DNA of 64,000 bases from Balanoglossus misakiensis (Eukaryota > Animalia > Hemichordata): contig CM082587.2 in assembly GCA_040954595.2 (NCBI GenBank), positions 7,863,705 through 7,927,704 of the forward strand, written 5' to 3'. The notes under the pieces are model-generated. The model ran no database searches. It was not told the DNA's origin and worked only from the letters and a program-made list of their open reading frames with translations. Each line of letters opens with the position of its first letter. The stretch's first letter is position 1. Positions 24,909 through 40,100 of the stretch are shown here, piece by piece. A program made the position numbers and the translations under genes.

Positions 24909-25058
24909 AGACTCTCTCACAGCCGCTCTCGTCGTCCATGCAGGCTTATGGACTGATTGCATGTGTGCCCGACGAGAGGTTAACTAAGGTTAGCTACACA
25001 ACACCAACACCGCGTCAGTGAAGAGCCTTGCAGCGAACCGTGGGCTGTGAGAGAGTCT
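24909..25058. mobile_element. Degenerate MITE-like element
   Basis: 16-bp inverted repeat AGACTCTCTCACAGCC (24909-24924) / GGCTGTGAGAGAGTCT (25043-25058); no clean TSD seen. Confidence 0.5.
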
Positions 25059-27162
25059 GTCGCTGTACAGACGTGCTATCCTGTGGAAAGAATCCAAGTA
25101 CACTGACATGAACACACTAAGCAACGCGCTTTATGATGCGCAGACGGAGAGAAGAGAGCTTTCAACTGACTGGGGACATCCTTACTGGCCGGGAGTACGG
25201 AGCTGTCAACACTTGTGAGGAAATAAGAAATGATGAAGAGAGCCACGAGGCAGCCTCGTACGTGGACCCAAACTAAGGACACAATCTCTTCCCCCGCTCT
25301 TTAAATTGAAGTAAAAACTGGGTGGTTACTGTGCACTGAATCATTGTCATCCCCTACTACAAATGACGGAAAAACAGCGTTTTGGCCGTTGTAAGTGTTA
25401 TGGCCGATCATAGAGCGAGAAGGTGAAGGTCCTCCCTCTTCTAGCTCCATGGGTCAACGCACTGAACGAAATTGTCCAAAAAGGTGCGGGGGTGTTTATT
25501 GAAGTGACAAATACCAAGCACCCTCCGGTATTGTCATGTTAATCACTGTCTACCAGTGAAGCCTGTCCTATGATTTTTTCTCTTGAGAGAGTTCATATAT
25601 ATCTCACGTGCATTGAATAAGATCAATGCATTTGATTATCCTTAGTCACCGACCTGTTTTTACCAGACAGGTTAACCTATAGGAACACTCCCATCATGCA
25701 CTGACCTTGGTCACGGTGACCTTGTTATGATTCTTGCAGGTTTCTTGTTTAGAATAGAACCAACGTTTATGGCTTACAATGACAATTATTGTTAATTAAT
25801 TTAATGTGAGTGTATTGACTCATGGGAAAAATGCTGGTGTAAGCAGCATTAACTCGATGAGCAAAAACTCGGTAACCTTGGCAACGTTGTTGTTAAGACC
25901 AGAAGCAATTCTTTCAAAGTAGTTCGTATTGTAAAATTTAACCAATCAGATTTCATGACTATTGTCACGCTGATTTGGTCAACCAATGTCTCATAGCGGC
26001 TTTGTGGCAGCGTTTGCATGCATCGCCCCAGCGGTACTATAGTTCGCGCACTTCTGCATCGAAGACAACTTCCAAATACATCGCTGTACCACTGAGGCTG
26101 AAAAAAAGTGAGGTTAGTTTGGAAATTCACTCTGGCTGTCATAACGAAAATGTTGACATTGTCCTGTTACTTATTAGTATCGACGTAATGGATCAGATGC
26201 CTGGCTCATTTTGTCTACATTGATAAATTTGCTTTATATGAACTTTGGTGGGCTTTTATTTTTCTGCAGTGTACATATGGGAAGCAGGAGTAGCGAGAAA
26301 ATCCACGCTACCTATATCCATATCATGACATGTTAGGCAAAGGGGAAAGACCTGTTGGAATTTATCGCTCAACAACTTTCTCATACTAGTGTTCACTGTT
26401 GGTTCATCCCCAACACGTGCATATTTGGCATAAAAGAAATGGTTTAAACTGTCTCAAATTTATGTAATCATGTGGTATTTGATCGCTTGGTGTATGGTAT
26501 ATCTATTATTTACTTATTGATTATTCACTTTTCATCATTAGACTCTATGGTGTAGGGAATTGTGTCAAATCACTGTCTAAGGGAGTATTTCTTTAAACTT
26601 GTCAAAACGCACAAATTCACCAGACCTTTCAGCGTCCTATGTAATTGTAGACTGAAAAGCTTACATTTCCTCAAGCGTGGCGGAATAGTATGGTGGAACG
26701 GCACACCCTCGCGCGACACTTTGAGGGGGTACGGAAGTTATTTACACGAGTGATGCGGTGTATCGTGCGGCAACACTTTCACGAGCGCAGTACCGCACAT
26801 CACACATTACATGTTCCACAATTTGGCAAAATTCTAAGCGATACGTGCCTTATTTGATAGCGGCGACTCATTAATACATAGACAAATCACTCTTTGTCCG
26901 CCGCAAGTTACTTATAGTCATGTGGGGGTAATTAGCAAATCCCCGAATAGTACAGCTGCGTTTCCACAGCTACCGACATCCCTAGTTACTGACCAGGGAA
27001 GTGTGTTGCAATGTACCCGGTAGGCCTAGAAAGGCCAGGTATAATGCTGGTGTCGTCTGGGGTTGATTGACGTTGGACTGACTGAAATTTGAACACGTTA
27101 TGTATTAAACCGGTGCCGCACCCATTTAATCAGCCTCCACACAAACAGTAGGCCTACACAGA

Positions 27163-27318
27163 TATCGTGGTATGCGTCGCCAAGAGACGACAAACTGAAG
27201 CAAATGCAAGTCATGTGGCTTAATGGTGAGGATTTTAAATAATAGGGGAATGGATTTGAAGTACATGTATTTTTATACGGAAAAAAATATGTGAAATTTG
27301 GCAGCTATAGGGGCTTTG
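27163..27318 (+). repeat. Dispersed repeat fragment, copy 1 (one end of a DNA element)
   Basis: ATCGTGGTATGCGTCGCCAAGAGA.GACAAACTGA.GCAAATGCAAGT...GAAATTTGGCAGCTATAGGGGCTTT recurs at 62433-62582. Confidence 0.75.
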
Positions 27319-27427
27319 ATATGTAACTACCGACACATTCATTGATTGCAGATACAAGACACGGAATCTTTTGGTCCAACACATTGATTGTTTCTTCGGT
27401 CTCCAGCAACGAGTGTCAGTAGCCATC

Positions 27428-29624
27428 ATGACTTCTAGGTGAGTTTGGAACAATGTGCATTAAGATTTTTTGAAAGCATATGCATGGAAGTGTTCTTCTT
27501 TTTATTTAAAAAAAAATGTTTATGTGTTTTTGTTCTATTGGTTCGTGATTTTACTATCCTTAGTTCAAACATATTCTGAAGCTTGAGTCTCAGAAGGAAT
27601 ATTCATGACAGTTTGACGGGAAAAACAGCTGCAAATATAAATTGTTGTGCACAAACTGCAGTCTCAATTATGCTAATATTATTTGAAAGCATTATTCGTA
27701 ATTTTGCCACTATGTGGAATTAAATACATTGTATTCTAAAAGGTGAAAATTTCTCTTTCTCATCACAGATCAACAAGGCTGTCCATCTTCGCATCCACAG
27801 CAGTGTTAGCGGCGTTTATTGTCCAATCAAATTCCCTAAGTACGTGCGTTTTGTAAATCACTAAGTCTTGTTTTAACTTCAACTATATAAGTTTTGTAAA
27901 TCACTAAGTCTTGTTTTAACTTCAACTATTATATACGGTCGGTATAGTGTGACGCCTTCACACAAATGCGTAACGTTGTTTGCTTCAAAGAAGTTCTGCT
28001 TGATTGTTTCATGGAAAACTTGGAATTTCGCGGGTCCGTCTGTTTCCAGTGTCTACAGATTTATCACCTTCGGTACCGAGTTTTGGCATAACTCTTGTAG
28101 AAATAAAATATTTCTATCTTTTGCACACTATCCGATCTTCGGAAAATAATATATTTTCTTTCGTTGTCGTTTTTCCAAGATGTTGGTACTGGTACGTTTA
28201 CTATCACCACGCCCTCGCCGCTTACCACTGGCATGTGCAACGCCATTACTGCTGTCACCTTCAATCTGAACGTGTGTGAAGTTGGCGGTACTACTGCTGG
28301 CTCGATTACCGCGGTGACGTTGTACTACGCCGACAATGTAAACTTCGAAGCCGCTATCGAGAAGTCTCTTGCCGGGGTAGCAGCTACGTTAGCTGGCGGT
28401 GCTGCGACGATTGACGTCCCTGCTGGAGGCGGCGCATCAATCACTGGCGCAACTGCTACGCTGGCGGCCGAAGGCACCCCATGTACGGCCGGTGCCCTGA
28501 CTCACATCTGTGCAGTAGTGACCGTCACCGGTGATTCTGGTGCTATTAATGACGATTCCTGCATCGCCATTGATGGCGGAACTACGAGTACCAGTAACTG
28601 TCCAGGTACGATGTACCCCTCTTGTAGACATAATGATTTCGGGCAAATAGGACTGTAACCAAAAAGCCCTTTGGTGCATGGCTCCTTCCGTCAATTTACC
28701 AGAGTGGGATTTATTTCAAAAACTTGTATTTCACCGTTTCAATCACACGTTTTCTCTTTCTCGCACAAAAAGTATAATTCATGTATGCATTTCAGATGTT
28801 TCTGCCGGAGCTCTCACAGTGTCTAATCCATCCACTCTGTCCTACACCGCTGGTAGCTCAACACCAACAACTGCAACTATCTCGATGGATGTTACCGTAA
28901 TGAGGCGGGAAATGCAGCCGACGGTTCGCTGACCGAGATAAACTTGTATTTCACCAACAACGCCCAGTACGAGTCGGCCACAACCGTATCTTCTGCGGCC
29001 AGAGCATCCAAGCCAGTGTCCGGAACACCGACAGCCATAACAAAAGGGGCGACCACAACCATAGCGGATGCAACGGTGGAACTGACAGTCGATGAAGCTG
29101 ACTGCGCAGCTTACACGCACCTCTGCGCTGTCATCACAGTAGCGACAGACGACGGCGGGGCAGCCGATGACGATACATGCTTAAGCCTCGATGCTACAAA
29201 TGCTGGTGTCGTTACATGTCCGGGTGGGTTTAACCTGACAACAATTACTGTGCAAATTCCTTCGAACCGGTGTTTACTTCGAATGCCTAGTACCAGCAGA
29301 CCTGAATAAATTTTTAAGTGCATGTATTCACAATCACGCAGGATACATGTGTTCAATTATTTTTCAAACAACTTATATTCATACATTTGTAGTTTGGAAA
29401 TTGCAAAGTCCATCCATGAGAATGTGGTGATTTTTGCGAAGTACTCTGTTGGCTGAAACGCTCGCCGCTGCGAATTGTTTCTTTATATTCATATGCCAAC
29501 TTTTCTGCCATCAGACAATGGTTCTGGAGGAGGATATGGAGTAGATCGAACTGCTGTTTATATCTTTGTTGTTGTGGCGCAATTGGTGTTTACTCTTGTT
29601 GTTTCCAAGCCTTTCTTGCAGTAG
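27428..29624 (+). CDS. Secreted, probably GPI-anchored protein with two ~142-aa Thr/Ala/Gly-rich Cys-containing repeats; 1-bp frameshift in repeat 2
   Basis: Exons 27428-27438, 27769-27839 (signal peptide RLSIFASTAVLAAFIVQSNS), 28180-28605, 28796-29223 (428 nt, one short of a multiple of 3), 29515-29624 (DNGSGGG then hydrophobic tail AVYIFVVVAQLVFTLVV). Both repeats end C..THI/LCAVV/ITV...DD.C...CP; phase-1 exons. Confidence 0.8.
27848..27929. repeat. Intronic tandem duplication, 43-bp period
   Basis: GTTTTGTAAATCACTAAGTCTTGTTTTAACTTCAACTAT at 27848-27886 and 27891-27929. Confidence 0.9.
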
Positions 29625-31128
29625 TCTCTCCTGGGTAAGTTTGTGCTTCGAAATCAATGCATGGTTTACAAACGGTGTGTGTTCAAACAATTATTTTTGT
29701 TTCCGTGTACTGATGTGGCACTGTCTTATTATTTCTGGCAGCTGACCGTGCACAATTTACGCTTAGGGGAGAACCATTTGATGTCTGGGAGTGGGTTGAG
29801 AATTCGGGGGGGGGGGGCATTGTTTGCAGATGGTGACAAGGACACAATATTCTACAATGCCACGAAGGAACTGGTTATCGACTAAAACATTCCATGCAAC
29901 GTACCGTGGCTGAAAAAATGCTGACATGCCCGAATCATCCCCGGGCCCCCTGAAGAAATGATATGGTTCTCCCTTTACTCCGTACTTTTGCACTCAGGTC
30001 AGATTACTTGATCAGTCTCGCTAACTCATCTGCTTTCTTCTTTTAACAGAATTTACATCATCATGCGAGAAAAGGCGACGACGGACGAACAAACAACCAG
30101 ACGCCATTAGAGAATGACCGCGTCCTTTCGTATCTTATACGACGACGTATGCATCCGAAGAAAAGATGAGAACGGTTTTACTGCTGTACTCCGTCTTATT
30201 CACTTGATGCTATAACGCGTTATGCAAACCAAGCAGTCTAGCTGTGCACCCTAGCTGACTTTTCGATAGAACCCAGAATAAAAGCTTGTAATTCACACAC
30301 AAATAGCAAGCCGAAAACAATCCTTAGGAACTTTAAGAGCGAGTGTAAAGTTTTAACTAGGGTACCACTTTGAACTTGTATGTAGTAAACAGTGAAATGT
30401 TGGGCGATTATTTGTTCAAATGCTTTAAAGTTACCAAAATGCTAATAATGTAACACAATTTATACATTGTCCAGATTGGAGCAATGACGTTACTGTATGT
30501 TGATTTAATTGCTGCATGTTAGCTCGTTGTCTACTTTAGTTCTAAGAATGAGCGTACTCTCAGAACATCGGCTTTGAAATACCGTTTTGATGAAGTAATT
30601 TAAGGTCTGACCTCTCCTCCTGGACAGAATAGTAAAAAATGACACCCGTCTTCAACAATTACTATTGTTTTTCACTGTAAGGACATATTCTCTGATACAA
30701 GGGAAAAGATCATGATGGCGTACAATGTCGTTTTTTTTTTCAACGTCAAACGAATGACTTGAGAAGCGAAGACGTGCAAGGTCAAATTTAAATTTTGTAA
30801 TTTTAATACATGACAAGTATAATTCGGGTTCAAGAATGGATTTGTATCATCATATATTTTGATGAATGTTTTTTTTACTCAAGTTATGGTACTACTATAA
30901 GCTATAGGAACAAATAAAATGTAACTTACCGATCCTTCAAGAACGTGTTTAGTTGAATTTCCTTGAAGGTATGTTTGCAAGATTTGCTATTTGTGGTCAG
31001 TTGTGTGCATGGTTTGTGTGTGTGTCACAGTGCCACGACAAAGACTGCACGACATTTTGGACTGTTTTGTGAGAAATACACAATATGCACTTTGTACATA
31101 TTGACACTATTCTGCTTGGGCTAGCAGG

Positions 31129-34100
31129 GCCATAGCTCATGAAAATTATCAAAAAATGACCATTATTCGACTTTCTGAAAGATAAAAAATTCTTCGATTT
31201 TTGATAAAAATCATGGGTTATAGCTCATGAAAATCATTAAAAAATGACAATTTTTCGACTTTTCGAAACATCAAAATTTCTTCACTCTTTGATAAAAATC
31301 ATGGGTTATAGCTCATGAAAATCATCAAAAAATGACAATTTTTCGACTTTCCGAAATATCGAAAATTCTTCATTTTTTGATAAAAATCATGGGTTATAGC
31401 TAATGAAAATCATCAAAAAATGACCATTTTTCGACTTTCCGAAACATCAACAATTCTTCATTTTTTAATAAAATTCATGGGTTATAGGTCATGAAAATCA
31501 TCAAACAATGACCATTTTTCGACTTTCCGAAACATCGAAAATTCTTCATTTTTTGATAAAAATCATGGGTTATAGCCCATGAAAATCATCAAAAAATGAC
31601 CTTTTTTCGACTTTCCGAAACATCGAAAATTCTTCATTTTTTCATAAAAATCATGGGTTATAGCTCAAGAAAATCATCAAAAAATGACCATTTTTCGACT
31701 TTCCGAAACAACAAAAATTCTTCATTTTTTGTTAAAAATCATGGGTTATAGCTCATGAAAATCATCAAAAAATGAACATTTTTCGACTTTCCGAAACATC
31801 AAAAATTCTTCATTCTTTGATAAAAATCATGGGTTATAGCTCATGAAAATTATCAAAAAATGACCATTTTTCGACTTTCCGAAACATCAAAAATTCTTCA
31901 CCCTTTGATAAAAATCATGGGTTATAGCTCAAGAAAATCATCAAAAAATGACCATTTTTCGACTTTCCGAAACAACAAAAATTCTTCATTTTTTGATAAA
32001 AATCATGGGTTATAGCTCATGAAAATCATCAAAAAATGACAATTTTTCGACTTTCCGAAACATCAAAAATTCTTCATTTTTTGATAAAAATAATGGGTTA
32101 TAGCTCATGAAAATCATCAAAAAATGACCATTTTTCGTCTTTCCGAAACATCAAAAATTCTTCATTTTTTGATAAAAATCATGGGTTATAGGTCATGAAA
32201 ATCATCAAAAATGACAATTTTTCGACTTTCCGAAACATCAAAAATTCTTCATTTTTTGATAAAATTCATAGGTTATAGCTCATGAAAATCATCAAAAAAT
32301 GACAATTTTTCGACTTTCCGAAACATCAAAAATTCTTCATTTTTTGATAAAATTCATGGGTTATAGCTCATGAAAATCAACAAATGACAATTTTTCGACT
32401 TTCCGAAACATCAAAAATTCTTCATTTTTTGATAAAATTCATGGGTTATAGCTCATGGAAATCATCAAAAAATGACCATTTTTCGACTTTCCGAAACATC
32501 GAAAATTCTTCATTTTTTGATAAAAATCATGGGTTATAGCTCATGAAAATCATCAAAAAATGAACATTTTTCGACTTTCCGAAACATCGAAAATTCTTCA
32601 TTTTTTGATAAAAATCATGGGTTATAGCTCATGAAAATCATCAAAAAATGACAATTTTTCGACTTTCCGAAACAACAAATATTCTTCATTTTTTGATAAA
32701 AATCATGGGTTATAGCTCATGAAAATCATCAAAAAATGACCATTTTTCGACTTTCCGAAACATCAAAAATTCTTCATTTTTTGATAAAAATCATGGGTTA
32801 TAGCTCACGAAAATCATCAAAAAATGACAATTTTTCGACTTTCCGAAACATCAAAAATTCTTCATTTTTTGATAAAATTCATGGGTTATAGCTCATGGAA
32901 ATCATCAAAAAATGACCATTTTTCGACTTTCCGAAACATCGAAAATTCTTCATTTTTTGATAAAAATCATGGGTTATAGCTCATGAAAATCATCAAAAAA
33001 TGACCATTTTTCGACTTTCCGAAACATCGAAAATTCTTCATTTTTTGATAAAAATCATGGGTTATAGCTCATGAAAATCATCAAAAAATGACAATTTTTC
33101 GACTTTCCGAAACAACAAATATTCTTCATTTTTTGATAAAAATCATGGGTTATAGCTCATGAAAATCATCAAAAAATGACAATTTTTCGACTTTCCGAAA
33201 CATCAAAAATTCTTCATTTTTTGATAAAAATCATGGGTTATAGCTCATGAAAATCATCAAAAAATGACAATTTTTCGACTTTCCGAAACATCAAAAATTC
33301 TTCATTTTTTGATAAAAATCATGGGTTATAGCTCATGAAAATCATCAAAAAATGACAATTTTTCGACTTTCCGAAACATCAAAAATTCTTCATTTTTTGA
33401 TAAAAATCATGGGTTATAGCTCATGAAAATCATCAAAAAATGACAATTTTTCGACTTTCCGAAACATCAAAAATTCTTCATTTTTTGATAAAAATCATAG
33501 GTTATAGCTCATGAAAATCATCAAAAAATGACCATTTTTCGACTTTCCGAAACATCAAAAATTCTTCATTTTTTGATAAAAATCATGGGTTATAGCTCAT
33601 GGAAGTCATCAAAAAATGACCATTTTTCGACTTTCCGAAACATCGAAAATTCTTCATTTTTTGATAAAAATCATGGGTTATAGCTCATTAAAATCATCAA
33701 AAAATGACAATTTTTCGACTTTTCGAAACATCAAAATTTCTTCACTCTTTGATAAAAATCATGGGTTATAGCTCATGAAAATCATCAAAAAATGACCATT
33801 TTTCGACTTTCCGAAACATCAAAAATTCTTCATTTTTTGATAAAAATCATGGGTTATAGCTCATGAAAATCATCAAAAAATGACAATTTTTCGACTTACC
33901 GAAACATCAAAAATTTTTCATTTTTTGATAAAAATCATGGGTTATAGCTCATGGAAGTCATCAAAAAATGACCATTTTTCGACTTTCCGAAACATCGAAA
34001 ATTCTTCATTTTTTGATAAAAATCATGGGTTATAGCTCATGAAAATCATCAAAAAATGACCATTTGTCGTCTTTCCCAAACATCAAAAATTCTTCATTTT

Positions 34101-37100
34101 TTGATAAAAAATCATGGGTTATAGGTCATGAAAATAATCAAAAATGACAATTTTTCGACTTTCCGAAACATCAAAAATTCTTCATTTTTTGATAAAATTC
34201 ATGGGTTATAGCTCATGAAAATCATCAAAAAATGACAATTTTTCGACTTTCCGAAACATCAAAAATTCTTCATTTTTTGATAAAAATCATGGGTTATAGC
34301 TCATGGAAGTCATCAAAAAATGACCATTTTTCGACTTTCCGAAACATCGAAAATTCTTCATTTTTTGATAAAAATCATGGGTTATAGCTCATGAAAATCA
34401 TCAAAAAATGACCATTTTTCGACTTTCCGAAACATCGAAAATTCTTCATTTTTTGATAAAAATCATGGGTTATAGCTCATGAAAATCATCAAAAAATGAC
34501 AATTTTTCGACTTTCCGAAACAACAAAAATTCTTCATTTTTTGATAAAAATCATGGGTTATAGCTCATGAAAATCATCAAAAAATGACAATTTTTCGACT
34601 TTCCGAAACATCAAAAATTCTTCATTTTTTGATAAAAATCATGGGTTATAGCTCATGGAAGTCATCAAAAAATGACAATTTTTCGACTTTCCGAAACATC
34701 GAAAATTCTTCATTTTTTGATAAAAATCATGGGTTATAGCTCATGAAAATCATCAAAAAATGACCATTTTTCGACTTTCCGAAATATCGAAAATTCTTCA
34801 TTTTTTGATAAAAATCATGGGTTATAGCTCATGAAAATCATCAAAAAATGACAATTTTTCGACTTTCCGAAACAACAAAAATTCTTCATTTTTTGATAAA
34901 AATCATGGGTTATAGCTCATGAAAATCATCAAAAAATGACAATTTTTCGACTTTCCGAAACATCAAAAATTCTTCATTTTTTGATAAAAATCATAGGTTA
35001 TAGCTCATGAAAATCATCAAAAAATGACCATTTTTCGACTTTCCGAAACATCGAAAATTCTTCATTTTTTGATAAAAATCATGGGTTATAGCTCATGAAA
35101 ATCATCAAAAAATGACAATTTTTTGACTTTCCGAAACATCGAAAATTCTTCATTTTTTGATAAAAATCATGGGTTATAGCTCATGAAAATCATCAAAAAA
35201 TGACCATTTTTCGACTTTCCGAAATATCAAAAATCTTCATTTTTTGATCAAATTTCAAATTCATGGGTTATAGCTCATGAAAATCATCAAAAAATGACCA
35301 TTTGCCGACTTTCCGAAACATCAAAAATTCTTCATTTTTTTATAAAATTCATGGGTTATAGCTCAAGAAAATCATCAAATGACCATTTTTCGTCTTTCCG
35401 AAACATCAAAAATTCTTCATTTTTTGATAAAAATCATGGGTTATAGCTCATGAAAATTATCAAAAAATGACAATTTTTCGACTTTCCGAAACATCAAAAA
35501 TTCTTCATTTTTTGATAAAATTCATGGGTTATAGCTCATGAAAATCATCAAAAAATGACAATTTTGGACTTTCCGAAACATCAAAAATTCTTCATTTTTT
35601 GATAAAATTCATGGGTTATAGCTCATGAAAATCATCAAAAAATAACCATTTGCCGACTTTCCGAAACATCAAAAATTCTTCATTGTTTGATAAAAATCAT
35701 GGGTTATAGCTCATGAAAATCATCAAAAATGACCATTTTTCGACTTTCCGAAAAATCAAAATTTCTTCGATTTTTGATAAAAATCATGGGTTATAGCTCA
35801 TGAAAATCATGAAAAAATGACCATTTTTCGACTTCCCGAAATATCAAAATTTCGTCATTTTTTGATAAAAATCATGGGTTATAGCTCATGAAAATTATCA
35901 AAAAATGACCATTTTTCGACTTTCCGAAAAATCAAAATTTCTTCGATTTTTGATAAAAATCATGGGTTATAGCTCATGAAAATCATGAAAAAATGACCAT
36001 TTTTCGACTTTCCGAAACATCAAAATTTCGTCAATTTTTGATAAAAATCATGGGTTATAGCTCATGAAAATCACCAAAAAATGACCATTTTTCGACTTTC
36101 CGAAACATCAAAATTTCTTCGATTTTTGATAAAAATCATGGGTTATAGCTCATGAAAATCACCAAAAAATGACAATTTTTTGACTTTCCGAAACATCGAA
36201 AATTCTTCATTGTTTGATAAAAATCATGGGTTATAGCTCATGAAAATCATCAAAAATGACCATTTTTCGACTTTCCGAAAAATCAAAATTTCTTCGATTT
36301 TTGATAAAAATCATGGGTTATAGCTCATGAAAATCATGAAAAAATGACCATTTTTCGACTTCCCGAAATATCAAAATTTCGTCATTTTTTGATAAAAATC
36401 ATGGGTTATAGCTCATGAAAATCATGAAAAAATGACCATTTTTCGACTTCCCGAAATATCAAAAATTCTTCATTTTTTGATAAAATTCATGGGTTATAGC
36501 TCATGAAAATTATCAAAAAATGACCATTTTTCGACTTTCCGAAACATCAAAAATTCTTCATTTTTTGATAAAATTCATGGGTTATAGCTCAAGAAAATCA
36601 TCAAAAAATGACCATTTTTCGACTTTCCGAAACAACAAAAATTCTTCATTTTTTGATAAAAATCATGGGTTATAGCTCATGAAAATCATCAAAAAATGAC
36701 CATTTTGTCGAATTTCCGGAACATCAAAAATTCTTCATTTTTTGATAAAAATCATGGGTTATAGCTCATAAAAATCATCAAAAAATGACCATTTTTCGAC
36801 TTTCCGAAACATCGAAAATTCTTCATTTTTTCATAAAAATCATGGGTTATAGCTCATGAAAATCATCAAAAAATGACAATTTTTTGACTTTCCGAAACAT
36901 CGAAAATTCTTCATTTTTTCATAAAAATCATGGGTTATAGCTCATGAAAATCATCAAAAAATGACAATTTTTTGACTTTCCGAAACATCGAAAATTCTTC
37001 ATTTTTTGATAAAAATCATGGGTTATAGCTCATGAAAATCATCAAAAAATGACCATTTTTCGACTTTCCGAAATATCAAAAATCTTCATTTTTTGATCAA

Positions 37101-40100
37101 ATTTCAAATTCATGGGTTATAGCTCATGAAAATCATCAAAAAATGACCATTTGCCGACTTTCCGAAACATCAAAAATTCTTCATTTTTTTATAAAATTCA
37201 TGGGTTATAGCTCAAGAAAATCATCAAATGACCATTTTTCGTCTTTCCGAAACATCAAAAATTCTTCATTTTTTGATAAAAATCATGGGTTATAGCTCAT
37301 GAAAATCATCAAAAAATGACAATTTTTCGACTTTCCGAAACATCAAAAATTCTTCATTTTTTGATAAAATTCATGGGTTATAGCTCATGAAAATCATCAA
37401 AAAATGACAATTTTTGGACTTTCCGAAACATCAAAAATTCTTCATTTTTTGATAAAATTCATGGGTTATAGCTCATGAAAATCATCAAAAAATAACCATT
37501 TGCCGACTTTCCGAAACATCAAAAATTCTTCATTGTTTGATAAAAATCATGGGTTATAGCTCATGAAAATTATCAAAAAATGACCATTTTTCGACTTTCC
37601 GAAACATCAAAAATTCTTCATTTTTTGATAAAATTCATGGGTTATAGCTCAAGAAAATCATCAAAAAATGACCATTTTTCGACTTTCCGAAACAACAAAA
37701 ATTCTTCATTTTTTGATAAAAATCATGGGTTATAGCTCATGAAAATCATCAAAAAATGACCATTTTGTCGAATTTCCGGAACATCAAAAATTCTTCATTT
37801 TTTGATAAAAATCATGGGTTATAGCTCATAAAAATCATCAAAAAATGACCATTTTTCGACTTTCCGAAACATCAAAAATTCTTCATTTTTTGATAAAAAT
37901 CATGGGTTATAGCTCATGAAAATCATCAAAAAATGATAATTTTTCGACTTTCCGAAACATCAAAAATTCTTCATTTTTTGATAAAAATCATGGGTTATAG
38001 CTCATGAAAATCATCAAAAAATGATAATTTTTCGACTTTCCGAAACATCAAAAATTCTTCATTTTTTGATAAAATTTATAGGTTATAGCTCATGAAAATC
38101 ATCAAAAAATGATAATTTTTCGACTTTCCGAAACATCAAAAATTCTTCATTTTTTGATAAAAATCATGGGTTATAGCTCATGAAAATCATCAAAAAATGA
38201 CCATTTTTCGACTTTCCGAAACATCAAAAATTCTTCATTTTTTGATAAAAATCATGGGTTATAGCTCATGAAAATCATCAAAAAATGATAATTTTTCGAC
38301 TTTCCGAAACATCAAAAATTCTTCATTTTTTGATAAAATTCATAGGTTATAGCTCATAAAAATCATCAAAAAATGACCATTTTTCGACTTTCCGAAACAT
38401 CAACAATTCTTCATTTTTTGATAAAAATCATGGGTTATAGCTCATGAAAATCTTCAAAAAATGACAATTTTTCGACTTACCGAAACATCAAAAATTCTTC
38501 ATTTTTTGATAAAAATCATGGGTTATAGCTCATGGAAATCATCAAAAAATGACCATTTTTCGACTTTCCGAAACATCGAAAATTTTTGATAAAAATCATG
38601 GGTTATAGCTCATGAAAATCATCAAAAAATGACCATTTTTCGACTTTCCGAAACATCGAAAATTCTTCATTTTTTGATAAAAATCATGGGTTATAGCTCA
38701 TGAAAATCATTAAAAAATGACCATTTTTCGACTTTCCGAAACATCGAAAATTCTTCATTTTTTGATAAAAATCATGGGTTATAGCTCATGAAAATCATCA
38801 AAAAATGACCATTTTTCGACTTTCCGAAACATCGAAAATTCTTCATTTTTTGATAAAAATCATGGGTTATAGCTCATGAAAATCATCAAAAAATGATAAT
38901 TTTTCGACTTTCCGAAACATCAAAAATTCTTCATTTTTTGATAAAATTCATAGGTTATAGCTCATGAAAATCATCAAAAAATGATAATTTTTCGACTTTC
39001 CGAAACATCAAAAATTCTTCATTTTTTGATAAAAATCATGGGTTATAGCTCATGAAAATCATCAAAAAATGACTATTTTTCGACTTTCCGAAACATCAAA
39101 AATTCTTCATTTTTTGATAAAAATCATGGGTTATAGCTCATGAAAATCATCAAAAAATGATAATTTTTCGACTTTCCGAAACATCAAAAATTCTTCATTT
39201 TTTGATAAAATTCATAGGTTATAGCTCATAAAAATCATCAAAAAATGACCATTTTTCGACTTTCCGAAACATCAACAATTCTTCATTTTTTGATAAAAAT
39301 CATGGGTTATAGCTCATGAAAATCTTCAAAAAATGACAATTTTTCGACTTACCGAAACATCAAAAATTCTTCATTTTTTGATAAAAATCATGGGTTATAG
39401 CTCATGGAAATCATCAAAAAATGACCATTTTTCGACTTTCCGAAACATCGAAAATTCTTCATTTTTTGATAAAAATCATGGGTTATAGCTCATGAAAATC
39501 ATCAAAAAATGACCATTTTTCGACTTTCCGAAACATCGAAAATTCTTCATTTTTTGATAAAAATCATGGGTTATAGCTCATGAAAATCATCAAAAAATGA
39601 CAATTTTTCGACTTTCCGAAACATCGAAAATTCTTCATTTTTTGATAAAAATCATGGGTTATAGCTCATGAAAATCATCAAAAAATGACCATTTTTCGAC
39701 TTTCCGAAACATCGAAAATTCTTCATTTTTTGATAAAAATCATGGGTTATAGCTCATGAAAATCATCAAAAAATGACCATTTTTCGACTTTCCGAAACAT
39801 CGAAAATTCTTCATTTTTTGATAAAAATCATGGGTTATAGCTCATGAAAATCATCAAAAAATGACAATTTTTCGACTTTCCGAAACATCGAAAATTCTTC
39901 ATTTTTTGATAAAAATCATGGGTTATAGCTCATGAAAATCATCAAAAAATGACCATTTTTCGACTTTCCGAAACATCGAAAATTCTTCATTTTTTGATAA
40001 AAATCATGGGTTATAGCTCATGAAAATCATCAAAAAATGATAATTTTTCGACTTTTCGAAACATCAAAAATTCTTCATTTTTTGATAAAATTCATGGGTT

